A DNA stretch of 64,000 bases from Phoronis australis. Lineage: Eukaryota > Animalia > Phoronida. Positions 12,951 through 25,111 of the stretch are shown piece by piece. The position numbers and the translations under genes were made by a program. The notes beneath the pieces are model-generated. The model was not told the DNA's origin. It ran no database searches and saw nothing but the letters and a program-made list of their open reading frames with translations. Every line of letters begins with the position of its first letter. Position 1 is the first letter of the stretch. The stretch is taken from assembly GCA_002633005.1 (NCBI GenBank), contig NMRA01000467.1, positions 26,775 to 90,774 on the forward strand, written 5' to 3'.

Positions 12951-13688
12951 ATACACAAAACGTACCTCGATTGTCGTGGATGAATTATCCCACGAGACAC
13001 TATTCCGCAGATCGACCGAGATCGGAATAATGTCGAGTGGCATATTACTTCATCTACGCCAATTGAGGTACGTTTGGTATTTATCCCATACGCTTCGAAT
13101 TCTTAAGTTTCTTTCATTTTTCAGCAGATTTTTACATACTTCACTCAGACTGTTCACGTGGCGGATCACATCCTATGTATGCACTTGCGCGTTAGGTTGC
13201 AAGTTTTCTCTAGTAAAAGAAACAGTTTTAAGTGCAACGATTTATTACTTGAAAAGAGATAACAAAGATGAAAACAATAGTAAGTGTGCATTGAACTTGT
13301 AACATCTCCAGAAAATAGTTAAATAACAAGAATTTTTGATATTACAATTACCGAGGAATCGGCGCCTGAGTTGCAGACGATATAATTATTTAGCAATTGA
13401 AATCTGAGACAGAACTGTGTCATATAATTAACAGTCCTACTCCAAATGTTGCGATTGGGACCTGATTGCATGTTGAGTGTAATTTACACTGCTGCAATTG
13501 TATTTCTTTAAAAACTAATTTCGGAAAGTTTGATGATCGAACTGGCTAACGATGACGAGTCGACATCGACCTACCATTTGAACTTTCCATGTCAGAGGTC
13601 ACAGTAGTGCGGGAGGTGAATACGGAAAACATTATTTGACCTACATGGCCGTATTGCACTCGACTGATTCAACGCATATGGGATAAAA
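12951..13688. mobile_element. Hairpin-ended non-autonomous element (Crypton-like?), copy 2
   Basis: Diverged homolog of 6626-7386; internal TTATCCCATA is inverted relative to terminal TATGGGATAA. Confidence 0.75.
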
Positions 13689-15757
13689 AGTGTGGAGGGC
13701 ATCAAACTTTTGATTAAGATGACCGAAACACATTATTAGGAACCAGAATGACACCTACCAACGATAGCAGTTACCGGAACCGTCATTTGACTAAACTTCC
13801 TGGCCACTGGAACTGGGTGAAACCTAAAATTTTTGCAACTGTTTGTGAGACAGCCTTATAAATGACCGTATGATGATGGGTGTTAATAACAATAACATTG
13901 AAAAAACAACTCCTGCAAAAAGGGACCTAACCCTCACGACATCCACAGATATTTGTCGCGCCGCCGAGAATACCACACATCAGTTGCGCCATATGGGTGC
14001 ACAAGGCACTGACCTGTCTGACCGTGATAAGATTTTTTCACGATTTTCTGATATGCACAGAAACCCCCCAAGCCATCGTGTGATAAACTGTAATATGGCG
14101 GACATCAATACCGTAAGAAAGATGCATGTCCTGCTTGGAGAAACGAATGCAGTAAGTGCCATGGAAAAAAAATCCCTCGTGCTGAAGAAGTGCTGACAAG
14201 ATGGGCGGAACACCATAGGGGGCTCAGTGGCGGATCTAGGATATCACAAGGGGGGGCCAACATTTCGTCTGTAAACATTTGCTCAAGCACGATTGTAGAT
14301 GCGCATAGCACCGAATGGGGGAAGGTCCCGCCCAGGAAATTTTTCTGTTTTTTCCTCTAAAAATCAAGCATTTTCCTTGATTCCCGAAGTATTATCCAAG
14401 AAAAAAAAAGGCAAAAAAACGGAGAAAGTGTCAAACAGGAAAAACTGCAAGTTCCACAGACTCTAACTCACGACCTGCCGAAACGAATAAGCGCGCGCTT
14501 TACCACTACACCACCACGATGTAAATCCTATTTTGATAGTAAGAGACCTACTCGTTTATGGTCCACAGCGTTTGCGCGCGAAACCTTCTTTTTGTAATGC
14601 TTATTACATGTTTCATATTTTGTGCAATCAGTTCGTAACAAATTTGTTGTATTTAAAATAGTCTTCAATTGCCCAAATGACCAAATCCGTTTTCGTGTTG
14701 GCAATAATGACGCGATTGCTTTAAAAGTCGTCTTAAGTTAAGGTTTGAAAAAAGAGAGAATTATGAGTTTCTGAGTGATTCACTAAGACTTCGATTAAAA
14801 TTGGCATCTACGGAGTCGTAGTGCCCAGCGCTTCAGCTGGTTGCCTGAGATATCGCGGGATGCAATACCGCCAGAGGTCCTAAAGTCGTAAGTCGTGAAC
14901 GATCTTATTTCCTCTTCTGCGCGGTCCTGCGACATCTGGCGTTAAAGTTTCCAGCGTTCGTCTGTTTACGAACGTCAAACGAATACCCGGACGTGTTCGC
15001 AATCACAATGTGATAACAAACAGTGAGTGAGTGGCTTCTTTTTTCAAATGTATCTTAAAAACAGCATATTTCACTAATTCACTTCTTTGTGCATTTTTGG
15101 GATATATTTTCGAAAATATTTATCGTTCAGATTTACTCAAACACGCGCTCCAGGGGTAGCTTGAACAATGTATCAAAATGTCCCAGGGTCTATCAAGTTT
15201 TGTAAGGCCAAAACAATAAAATACAAAGCGATAATTGATGCTGGGTTCTTAGCGTTTTACGTGAACAACCTCATTGAAAACGTCATGCACATCAAAGTTG
15301 GGTGCAATAAAATTAGCAATTTATTTCAATTGAAACTGAATTAATAAACAATGCAATGCATTTTTATGTCATCTAGAGTAACTGTAAGCACTGCAGTTGA
15401 CTTGTGTGGTCATACTTCGTGAATTTCCGTCTAAACGAAACGTTCACGACTTTAGGGCCTCATTCAAAATGGCCGGCGATATCAGCGACTGTTAAGATTG
15501 TCAAAACACGTATATTTGTGAAGGCTGATATATGTCCATGACATCACATGAGCAGTTGCAAACGGACATTGGGTAGTATGACAATCAACTGCTTATTATG
15601 CTTATATTCACGACTTTAGGTCACCGTGTATACTTAGCCATAGTTGCGTTACGATTGCGCCGTGTTCCGAATTTGACACTTGAAATTGGATCTGAGCCGC
15701 CCCCCCCACACACATACACATTTAAATCTTGTTTCAGGCGTATAATTTTAATTACCG

Positions 15758-15955
15758 NNNNNNNNNNNNNNNNNNNNNNNNNNNNNNNNNNNNNNNNNNN
15801 NNNNNNNNNNNNNNNNNNNNNNNNNNNNNNNNNNNNNNNNNNNNNNNNNNNNNNNNNNNNNNNNNNNNNNNNNNNNNNNNNNNNNNNNNNNNNNNNNNNN
15901 NNNNNNNNNNNNNNNNNNNNNNNNNNNNNNNNNNNNNNNNNNNNNNNNNNNNNNN
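15758..15955. other. Assembly gap (N run)
   Basis: Run of n; the two flanks share a near-duplicated ~40 bp. Confidence 1.
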
Positions 15956-17799
15956 CACATTTAAATTTTGTTTCAGCCGTTAATTTTAATTACATTTCCC
16001 TACGCTCTTGCTGTTTTATTTTTTGCGGCAGCCAAGCGGGTGTGTGGGCCCCCTGGCCGCCTATGCGGCTGCGGAACTATAGCCTCCACTTATTTCAGTG
16101 CTGCGCCGCCCATAAGCAGTGCTGTAATGGTAAAATTAGAGGAAACTAGGCACCCAATGCCCATCCTATCACCTTGAGCACTGAATTTTAAAATTACACT
16201 AAACTCAAAAAACCTGACTCACAAACATGTAACCCCATACTTTAACTCCCGCCCGTGGGGTGTGTCATCGGGGCCCTTCGGTCTCCCTTCATCTCCCTAT
16301 GGTATGACGCCATAATTGTAACGGTCACGCGCCCCGGAATATTCGGTAACAATACTGTCGTCAGCGTAGCAGAGCATCGATACCGTAAGCTTTTGTATCG
16401 AGACTACTCCCCACTATACCGTCACTTACTGTGCGTAGGCGCTACGTTAAGACGTAAAAAGATGGTTGGCTGTGCCTCCGCCCTACTATAACGTAATTTA
16501 CGGTGTGTAGGCGCTACGTTAAAATGCCATAATGTTGTTGGCTGCGCCTACGTGCGGTCAGTAGGCCTACTCGAGTGTGGAATTTCGTGAGTTAATGACT
16601 GCTCCAAAGCATTCACAGTCCAACGGCAAAGTTGAGTCAGCAGTAAAATCTGGGAAGTCACTTTTGTGCAAGTGCAAGTTATCTCAGACAGGCTCTTACT
16701 TAGCCATCCTGGAGTTACGGAACACACCACAACAAGCAGTTGGCAGCAGTCCAGTCCAACGCTTACGAAGCCGACGTACTTGCACCCGCTTACCAGTGCC
16801 TGCTGACTTGCTCAAGCCCCGAAATGACAGCGCCAACCATTACGATCATTACTGCATTGAGAATGCGACGTGGCGACAATACAATACAGTAGCCGAGGAC
16901 CTTCCTCCTCTCCATAAAGCAGATACAGATCGCATCCAACCTTTCCCACGTTGGGAAAAAAGGTTTGGGACAAAGGCGGTGTGACTCAAACAATCGATGA
17001 CAGTTCGTCACCACGTCGAAACCTCAAAGGATCCTACAAGAGCAAGCGAGTGCAGATCTGCGTAAGTCAAATGAAGCACCACCTACTATAAGCGAGGCGG
17101 AACACTCGTCAAATTTCTCTAACAGTGCAGCAGTTGTTGATGACATCAGCATCCCTGATCCTTTAGTTGACACACAGCATTCATGTGCACAGCAAAGACC
17201 AGTTTGTATCAGGCGTCAACCGGTATATGTACGGGGATATGTTACCTATTAGCTATATACAAGAGTAAATAAACAAACGCGGGACTGAACTACGAACGTA
17301 AGCTAGTTTTATTTTAGTTAGAATACTTGTATCATTGTGTTTCATTTCTTGTTGTTGTCCTTATTTCTTGAACATTGTTGGGGGTGTTATGATATCTATC
17401 GCCAGGTGGCACTTGTTAGTTATTCATTAAAAGTTCAAGGTCATACTTGTAAGTCAAACCTCTGTTTTACCATTACTCTAGACACAGCTCCACTTAATAC
17501 ACTGTCGACTTGAAACAATAAAATTCTCAATGTGGTTCACCAACATTGGTGAGATTATAACGTAGTCCATAATGTCGTCTGGAAATAATACGACAAAGGA
17601 TATGAATGTCAAATGTTGCCCTGGCCTAAATATGTTCTCCTTTTGATTATGAAAAGTCTCAAAGAATAAGTTATTGGGTGGTTTGCTTTGCTTATAAATT
17701 CAAAGTGCATAGTATTACTAGCTACTTTTGCTTAAAAAGGTAATCCTATATAACTTGATTAATTATTGTGTTACCCACAAAGACAACCGTTACTGTTTT

Positions 17800-18880
17800 C
17801 TTTCCTTTATTTATTTGTACACATACATGACCATCGGCCCAAAGTACAACAAACAAGCAAACAAGACCATTGGAGTGCTATGCCCACTAGTCGATGTTCC
17901 GTTTTTTAGATGCGTAGTATACATATTTCACAACTGAGGTATCGGCATTACATAACAGTCTATGAAATTTAAACAAAGAGGGACTTGTCCAGAGGCTTTC
18001 AATTAAAAACTTAGCTCTGATTTCGGAAAAATCGTCGCAAACTAACAAAAAGTGATATTCATCCTCGACACAATTCCTGGAGCATAATATGCACACTCTG
18101 TCTTGATATATCACATTTACGACCAGTTTCTACTGCCAGCCTGTGGTTTGCACATCGAAAACTTATAAAACTTTGCACGAATACTTTTGGAAGATTATCA
18201 ATTTCTAAATAGTTTCCATATTTAAATACAACCTTAAAAAAATTGTAATAGCTTAACTTAGAATTGGAATCAACATTGGACTGTCATCTTTGCAAAGCAC
18301 AGTACTTTAACCCGTTGCGAGAAAATATTTACAAACGATTCTTGACACGCGACTCCTTGGTTTACCCAAATATCATAGAAACCATACATTGACAATAACT
18401 TGCGGACTGAGCTTGCCCAATTATACATAATGTCTACCATTTTCATCTAGTTTGTACAGCATATTGTAAGCGGCTCAAAATATTAGACCAGTATTTAATA
18501 CAACTAACAAAGTATCTCGTATACATAGGGTATCTTCCTCATTCACCCAAAACTGCAACGTTAGAGCAAGAACCGCCATTTCCCAAGGTCCATTTACAAA
18601 ATTTTAAATGAATTTTCTCTAAGCACTAGTATTTTTTAAAACCCCAAATTTCGGGACCATAACACAATGTTGGGTACACCAGTTTACCAAATAACTGAAA
18701 AGTAAGCGATGGGGCATATTGCGACATCTGCGCTGTAATTTCAAAACACGTGATGCAGCTTTATTTGTTTGACAAGAGATTTTTGTCGCTTTCGACCATG
18801 ACTGTTTTGAGCCTACACTGAAATGCATTTTAGCGTTGGAAAATATCATGTTTGTCACGCTCGCATTACAAACAGCCATG
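17800..18880 (-). mobile_element. 3' fragment of a non-LTR retrotransposon (LINE)
   Basis: Broken frames give HRLAVETGR and RVCILCSRNCVEDEYHFLLVC, the C-terminal Cys/His region of a LINE ORF2, followed by a short 3' UTR with AATAAA. Confidence 0.75.
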
Positions 18881-18965
18881 TTACCAACTACACACGTCTT
18901 CAGCTTCACGCATGCTCATTCGTCCATTTCCGTGTGACGTTATCATCTACAATTTACTACGTATA

Positions 18966-21101
18966 TATCAGATGTCCCAAAAAGTGAGCCACCTTTCGAC
19001 AAGTAATTTCTCAGCTATTGACCAACTGAATTCGTTCAAATTTTTTATAATGTATCTTCAGGGTGTCATCAACAATTCTACAATCTATATCAGAGAAATT
19101 TAAAAATTATGGAAGTACTGTGAAATCCAATACAGCAGGGTGAAAAATGCAATATCACTGTGACTTTCATCCTGTTATTGTCAGATCTGTATACAAAACA
19201 GTTCTTTCCAATATTCCGGTTTGTAAGGATGCCTTTGAGTGAATGTGATCAATTTACTATTGAAACCTGTATCAAGGAGAAAGGGTGGGGCGGAAGAAGA
19301 ATCGTAATGGAGTTCTCAGGAAAAGGGTGGAGTCGTGCCGCTGTGAATACACTGATTGTTAAACTACACAACACAGTGTCTGTTGTGCATACAAACTACA
19401 CAACACAGTGTCTGTTGTGCATACAAACTACACAACACAGTGTCTGTTGTGCATACAAACTACACAACACAGTGTCTTGTGCATACAAACTACACAACAC
19501 AGTGTCTGTTGTGCATACAAACTACACAACACAGTGTCTGTTGTGCATACAAACTACACAACACAGTGTCTGTTGTGCATACAAACTACACAACACAGTG
19601 TCTGTTGTGCATACAAACTACACAACACAGTGTTTGTTGTGCATACAAACTACACAACACAGTGTCTGTTGTGCATACAAGTGGCAGTGGGAGACCCAAA
19701 ACTGTATGTTTGATTGAAAGAAAACGATGATCGTGTTGAGGAACTGATTCAAATCCAAGAGGACAGCGCGGGAAATCACAAATGTTTGAGGGAAGTCGCA
19801 GGCGATTTACAAGAGAGCAAGTCTTCTGTGCAAAGAATATTTTAACCTTTATTGTGGATATCACGGAGACATAATAATATTAGATACTTGCATGACCGCT
19901 ATTCAACCACTGATGTGAAAAGAATCATTTTCACTGATGAAAAAGACTTTACGCTAAAATTTGTCAAAACCATCGTGTTTTGGGAAACAAAAACGAGAAA
20001 TTCAGCCTTCCATGTTCAAAAGAAAACAAGGATCGTGTTGAGAAACTGATTTAATCCCAGGAGGGCATCCCCTTGAATTACAAATCTTTGCTTTGAGAGA
20101 AGTCACGAGCGATTTACAAGTGAGCAAGTTTTCCGTGCAAAGAATGGCGAAAACTGGAGCTAAAACCTTTCAAAAGAACGCGGGTATCACGGAGAGATCA
20201 AAATGTTTGAAGGAAAAGGAAAACTCAGTGCTGATACCTGCATGACAGCTACTCAGACACTGATTCGAAAAGAACAATTTTCATTGATGAAAAGGACTTC
20301 ACGCTAAAAATCGCTAACAATCGTGAAAGCGATCATGTTCATGGGAAACAAAAACGACAAATTCAACGTTCTCGACTCTATCATGAAACTTCCAGATTAA
20401 TTTTTCTAATAAGTAATGGTTTCCGCTGGAGTATCCTGGGAAGGCAAAACAAATATTCATTTTTAATTATTGATACTGATAGAGCCAAACTTGAAAGTCA
20501 ACGCTACATGGAGTTATTGAATGAAAATTTTCTCCCGGATTGCAGGCGTTTTAATCTTCCAAACAATTACGTTGTTCATAAAGATGGGGCTCCTTCACAC
20601 ACGATCAAGATAATCCAGTCTCCTCTGCAGGAGGCTACACCAAAATTCATCAAAAAGAATCAGTCTTGACTGCTATCTAATGGAGTGTGCCATGTGGGAC
20701 TCTCTGGAGCCATCTGAAGGAGACAGTTTACCGGGGAGTGAGAGACAAATTAACTGAGCAGGAGTTAAAAGACAGGATAATTATGCCATGGGAGTAAATA
20801 TCGATGGAAGAAATATGGAAACGCATTTCTGGTTGGAAGAAACGGCACAGTTTAGCCGTGGAGGAAGATGGAGGCCACATAGAACATAGACTGAAATAAG
20901 CAAGGATCCCTTTGTTATTTTATTTTTTGACCTAATGTTTTTAATTTGACAGTACAATTGGACACAGATCTCTTTGATATTTTCCACATTTGCTGATGAT
21001 GTCCTAAGGTTCATCTGTGAGAACTTTGAAAAAAAATCGGTTTATCTGTTGTTGAGAAATTACTTGTCAAAACGTGGCTCACTTTTCTGGGACACCTGAT
21101 A
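18966..21101 (+). mobile_element. Decayed Tc1/mariner-superfamily DNA transposon
   Basis: ~48-bp TIRs (TATCAGATGTCCCAAAAAGTGAGCCAC... / ...GTGGCTCACTTTTCTGGGACACCTGATA); transposase relic from ATG 19229 with GSGRPKT, IFTDEKDF, VMVSAGVSWEGKT and KDGAPSHT; internal duplication and frameshifts. Confidence 0.88.
19361..19680. repeat. 32-bp minisatellite, ~10 copies, inside the transposase
   Basis: Unit AAACTACACAACACAGTGTCTGTTGTGCATAC, head-to-tail, no spacers. Confidence 0.95.
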
Positions 21102-23354
21102 CATTACAACGTCGTGTGGCAAGTGACGACTATCGTATCGAATAAGCGTAGCTTCATGGCTATCGTTCAGAACCACATTAAAGTTAAAACTCATTAGGTC
21201 ATTAGGTGAGGCTGCTTTCAAATCTCGTTGGAAAGAATGACGCGCCGAGATTGCACTCCCTATTTTATTGAACCACGGTTCAATTTGTCTCCCTCAATTT
21301 CATTAAAACTTGGTGCCTAATGGGTTGGCTAGGCATTTTAAGTTATGTGCTCCATGTGAACGCTACGAATGTCATTTACTTGATTTTCCGTAAGCCTTTA
21401 CTCCTAGCTTTAACAGCCGAAATTCAGCACGGTACTCTTCAGACACTGGCTTTGGAGTTCAGTAAAATCTGGCTCGTCGATGTGGGGAAGTTTGGCAGTC
21501 TGAATGCACTATCTCTCAGTTCGTAGTAATCGCATGCAAATGATGGCTTTGGGGTGAAAACTGCTGATTTGGCTATTTTTGCTCGTTTTTCAAGTATACG
21601 GCTGCACTTCGGGTAATCGTTTAAGATATGGGAAAATGTCATTGGAATCAATTTCAATAGACTTTGTACAAGGCAGTATTCTGTTCACATTTTCAAGTTT
21701 CGCACATCATGTGGAACAGACTGCTTCAGCTGACACGAACTGGTTTTTTCAAACCCAAAATCAGCAACTGTTGACTGTCACGTAACGGGGGTTACTCGGA
21801 AAGCGATAGCACTTACGACTGTAGAGACCAAAATCACGAAGTGGGATTACTGCAAAGACTGCATAACAGTTGCAACTATGGCAATAATTACAAGGGGTTT
21901 GGTTGGTCTAAACAACACAGCTTTAGATTATATTATGTTCCATCATTTGATCTTTACTCATGACAATAATTTTATGTCATGGTTCCGGAAACGAGGAACA
22001 GCCTGAATCAACAACAGGCGATACCGAAAATGGAAACGATTTGTAGTGTTACGGCATCGCACAAACTGACTTAATATCAAACCTTTGCCAAATTAGATCT
22101 GCAAAAACTGACAGAATACCCACTGGTATCATCGTAATAGAGTGTTGAATATTTTAATCTATTATTGAACGATGCACAATTTTCTACTTTCACAGTTTAA
22201 TCACAAAACTTTATATATCACTTATCACATTTAAGTCTCTTATGGCCGGTTGCATGAGGCAGTCCCAAATAGGGACTCAACGAAGTTCCCTAGGTCTTTT
22301 GCGTATTTATTTTGTTCTTTTCTCACAGATGTAATATTTTTTATTACGATCTCTTCTTTAACTAAATGACAGTTTCTAATAATGCAATTAAAAACTGAAC
22401 CCTTAGTGCAATCAAAATAATTAAGGACTTAGTCCTTGCATTAGGTGAGTTGCATGAAAAGGTGGGACTGTACTCCTTGGCTGTACGCCGTATAGCAAGA
22501 TTGACGTCGCATTTTCACGCGCCACGTAGTTATTGTTGTACAATGCACCTGACGTCATGCAACAATAAAACTTGCCCAGTGGATAACTTTGAAGTTTTAT
22601 GCAATCCAGCCCTGATGAGTTTTTGAAGTCATCACTAAGCAATGACATTTGTGTTACATCTACTCTATCCATTTCTTTGGTGACTAAAAAAAATTAAATG
22701 ACCGCCACGAGAGGAATAATTTAATTTTTAAGTTTTTATAAACTTTTAGAAATTCTCAATAAAAAGCGGCTGTTATTCATGAGAAGTGTTTTCATTTTAT
22801 GAGAATGTTGTTCAATTGGTGAGACTCGTTTTATGTTTTACGAGCAAAAACAAAAGAAATAGTATCTTAGCCGAGAAGGCTACAGGCGAAATAAAGTGTC
22901 CACACTACCTTATCTTCCGCTGTCACCACGTCCCACTCATAAAATTTCTATCGATTGTGTAATGCTGACACGAAGTGGCCTTGGTTTATTGGTTGATTCC
23001 GGATTCATGGGGACATGAATTCCGCTATAGAGACCGAGTACAAGTAATTTCCTTGTAACTTCGCTCTCGTTGCAAGTCCATCAAACTGAATAATTCGAGG
23101 CTCTGGCGAATAAACTGAGACTAAAACACGACAGGCCCGAAGCCAGCATTGCGCAGGGGTTGGTTCGACGAACCTTTGCAAACGTCGACACTAGAGTTTT
23201 CTGTAAGGCCCTTGACCGGCTTAACTCAGTAGGGGGAAGGAAACCTATATACACAACGATGAATCTCATCTCTTTGGGCCTGGGTGATGAAACGGGATTC
23301 ATAATACCAGAAATGAGGATGCCGTGACGGTTACTCGCAAACACGTCGTCAAAT

Positions 23355-23523
23355 CCCATACGAAAAAATTCAATAGGATCGTATAGGATCCTATAGGAAT
23401 TCCTGTAGTATCCTTTAGGATCTTGTAGGATTCCTATAGGATATTGGGCCAAAATCCAATTGGATTCCTATTGGATACTATAGAATTTCCTATAGGAAAT
23501 CCCATTGGAATTTTTCGTAAGGG
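23355..23523. mobile_element. Small MITE with CCC...GGG ends and internal palindromic repeats
   Basis: TIRs CCCATACGAAAAA / TTTTTCGTAAGGG, flanked by AT on both sides; internal CTATAGGA/TCCTATAG repeats. Confidence 0.65.
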
Positions 23524-24544
23524 ATTCGAATATAATGTGGTCCACCGGAAAGAGAACGTTCTAGTGTTACCCCCTGCCAACAGACGTGATTAAATGAGTG
23601 ATTACATAGGATTCTCATTACATACTCGGACAGAAATATTTAGTCGGAGAATGACTTGAAAATTTTATCTGGTGGTATTTTTCGTGTTACTTGAGTTGCT
23701 TTCATCGATGCAAATGGGAACAGCCCACTATTCCGAAGCCGGGTTCACTACTCTCGAAGGTTCGTAACTCCGAAAATATCTAAAATTTCGGACTCGGGTG
23801 TGATTTTTATACTTTTGCACGCTAAAATGAACGATACTTCGGTCAGTAGATGCACGGAGTCAGGGTGTACCTATACCTTAGCTGGTTCCCTGCGTGCTTA
23901 GCCCAGCCCGGCACCATGCAGGTATCACACAGTGGCACGCGCTTTAGCATTAGCCGATGCAACCTCGGCAGTCACTGGTAAGCTTAACACCGTGAAGAAA
24001 ATGACGGACTGTGAACGATTTTTTGCCTTGTCATGCAAGTGGCGTCGCTGCAACTTTTTTGTTTCTCCAGTTATGTTTAATAGCCGCGTGCTCATGTACA
24101 AGAAACACATATCTGGCCGATTTAACCTGTGTGTTATTCATACTGTATGAATACAGAACACTATCGTAAAAGTCATGGACAGTGAAAAGATGCATTCCGA
24201 AAAGGCGCAATCACAATTTCTAGGCTTCACATTTCCTGAACATAAATTTTAAGCACAGACCACATTTGCACTTCAGTCCATCAGTCATCATGCCAGTTTG
24301 TTTGCGTAAAGCGCTGCCTATTGAGAATTCGACTAGCCAATCAGAAACGCCGGTGTAAAAAAATTTTCCTAGAAAAATTAGGTGATACCTGCGTGCTGGC
24401 TACGGCCTCATATAGCGGCCCACAGGGAACCAGCGAGTACCCGTATCCAAACCAAATAACGCCCGGATTTCATGCGCATACGAAATCGCGCGCAGGTCTT
24501 ACGGATACGAAAAAATGAGTACACACTTGCATTTTTAAAGAATA

Positions 24545-25111
24545 TACGAGGGTCGTTCAATAAGGTCTCGGCCTCACCAAGAAAACAGGGAGATAGGTTA
24601 TTTTTTTTTCATACCATAGTAAAATTTCATCTTTTATAACAGTACCGTGCGTTCGTGCTGAATTAGTACGGTCAACTGCCGCTAAGTGGCGCTGCTTCAA
24701 AAAGCAAGCGACAACACATTTACTGAGCAGCATGGAGATAACAGAGACGAGAGCCGTCATAAAGTATTTGCGTAAAAACGGAATGACACCTAAAGATACT
24801 CATGAAGAGATGCGAAAAATACTCGGAACATACTCCCCGATCTACTCCACAGTAGAAAAGTGGTCAGCTTGTTTCAAGAAAGGTAGGGCCTAGAGCCTGG
24901 GAAAGCGTTGAAGATGACCCTCGTCCAGGACGTCCCAAATCATCGACCTCCGAGTGAAAATGTGCAGAAAATTCATGCAATGGTTATGAAAGACAGGCGA
25001 ATGACTGTTCAACATTTGCCAAACACTGTTCGCATCAGCAATGGGTCAGTCTCTAAAATTTTGAGTGAAGATTTGGGCATGAGTAAGCTGAGTGCACTAT
25101 AGGTGCCAAGA
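24545..25111 (+). mobile_element. 5' half of a mariner element (truncated transposase)
   Basis: Mariner-type end TACGAGGGTCGTTCAATAAG; from ATG 24732 METxxRAVIKYL-type HTH start, STVEKWSACFKKG, EDDPRPGRP, DRRMTV, and a decayed WVPR motif (L*VPR). Confidence 0.85.

Larger units (their letters stand above)
11869..17517 (+). mobile_element. Decayed Gypsy LTR retrotransposon (Mag-like) with nested insertions
   Basis: 5' LTR 11869-12652, split by a ~640-bp insert; tRNA-Leu-type PBS TGGTGGCAGCGTTGGGAT 12653-12670; gag relic ~13850-14000 (RDLTL..DICRAAE); integrase C-terminal relic 16577-17230 (SNGKVESAVK, RNTP, SPVQRL); 3' LTR 17385-17517; 5-bp TSD ATAAA on both sides. Confidence 0.85.

Noticed and set aside
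14450-14517. Possible tRNA gene
   Set aside because: Only A- and B-box-like remnants without a complete cloverleaf; more likely repeat-derived.
15598-16149. Long ORFs across the first N-gap, and the duplicated sequence flanking it
   Set aside because: The ORFs are open only because of Ns; the flank duplication may be an assembly overlap.
19361-19680. CRISPR-like array
   Set aside because: Units are directly head-to-tail with no unique spacers, there are no cas genes, and the context is eukaryotic. The same applies to 43318-43683 and 54692-54858.
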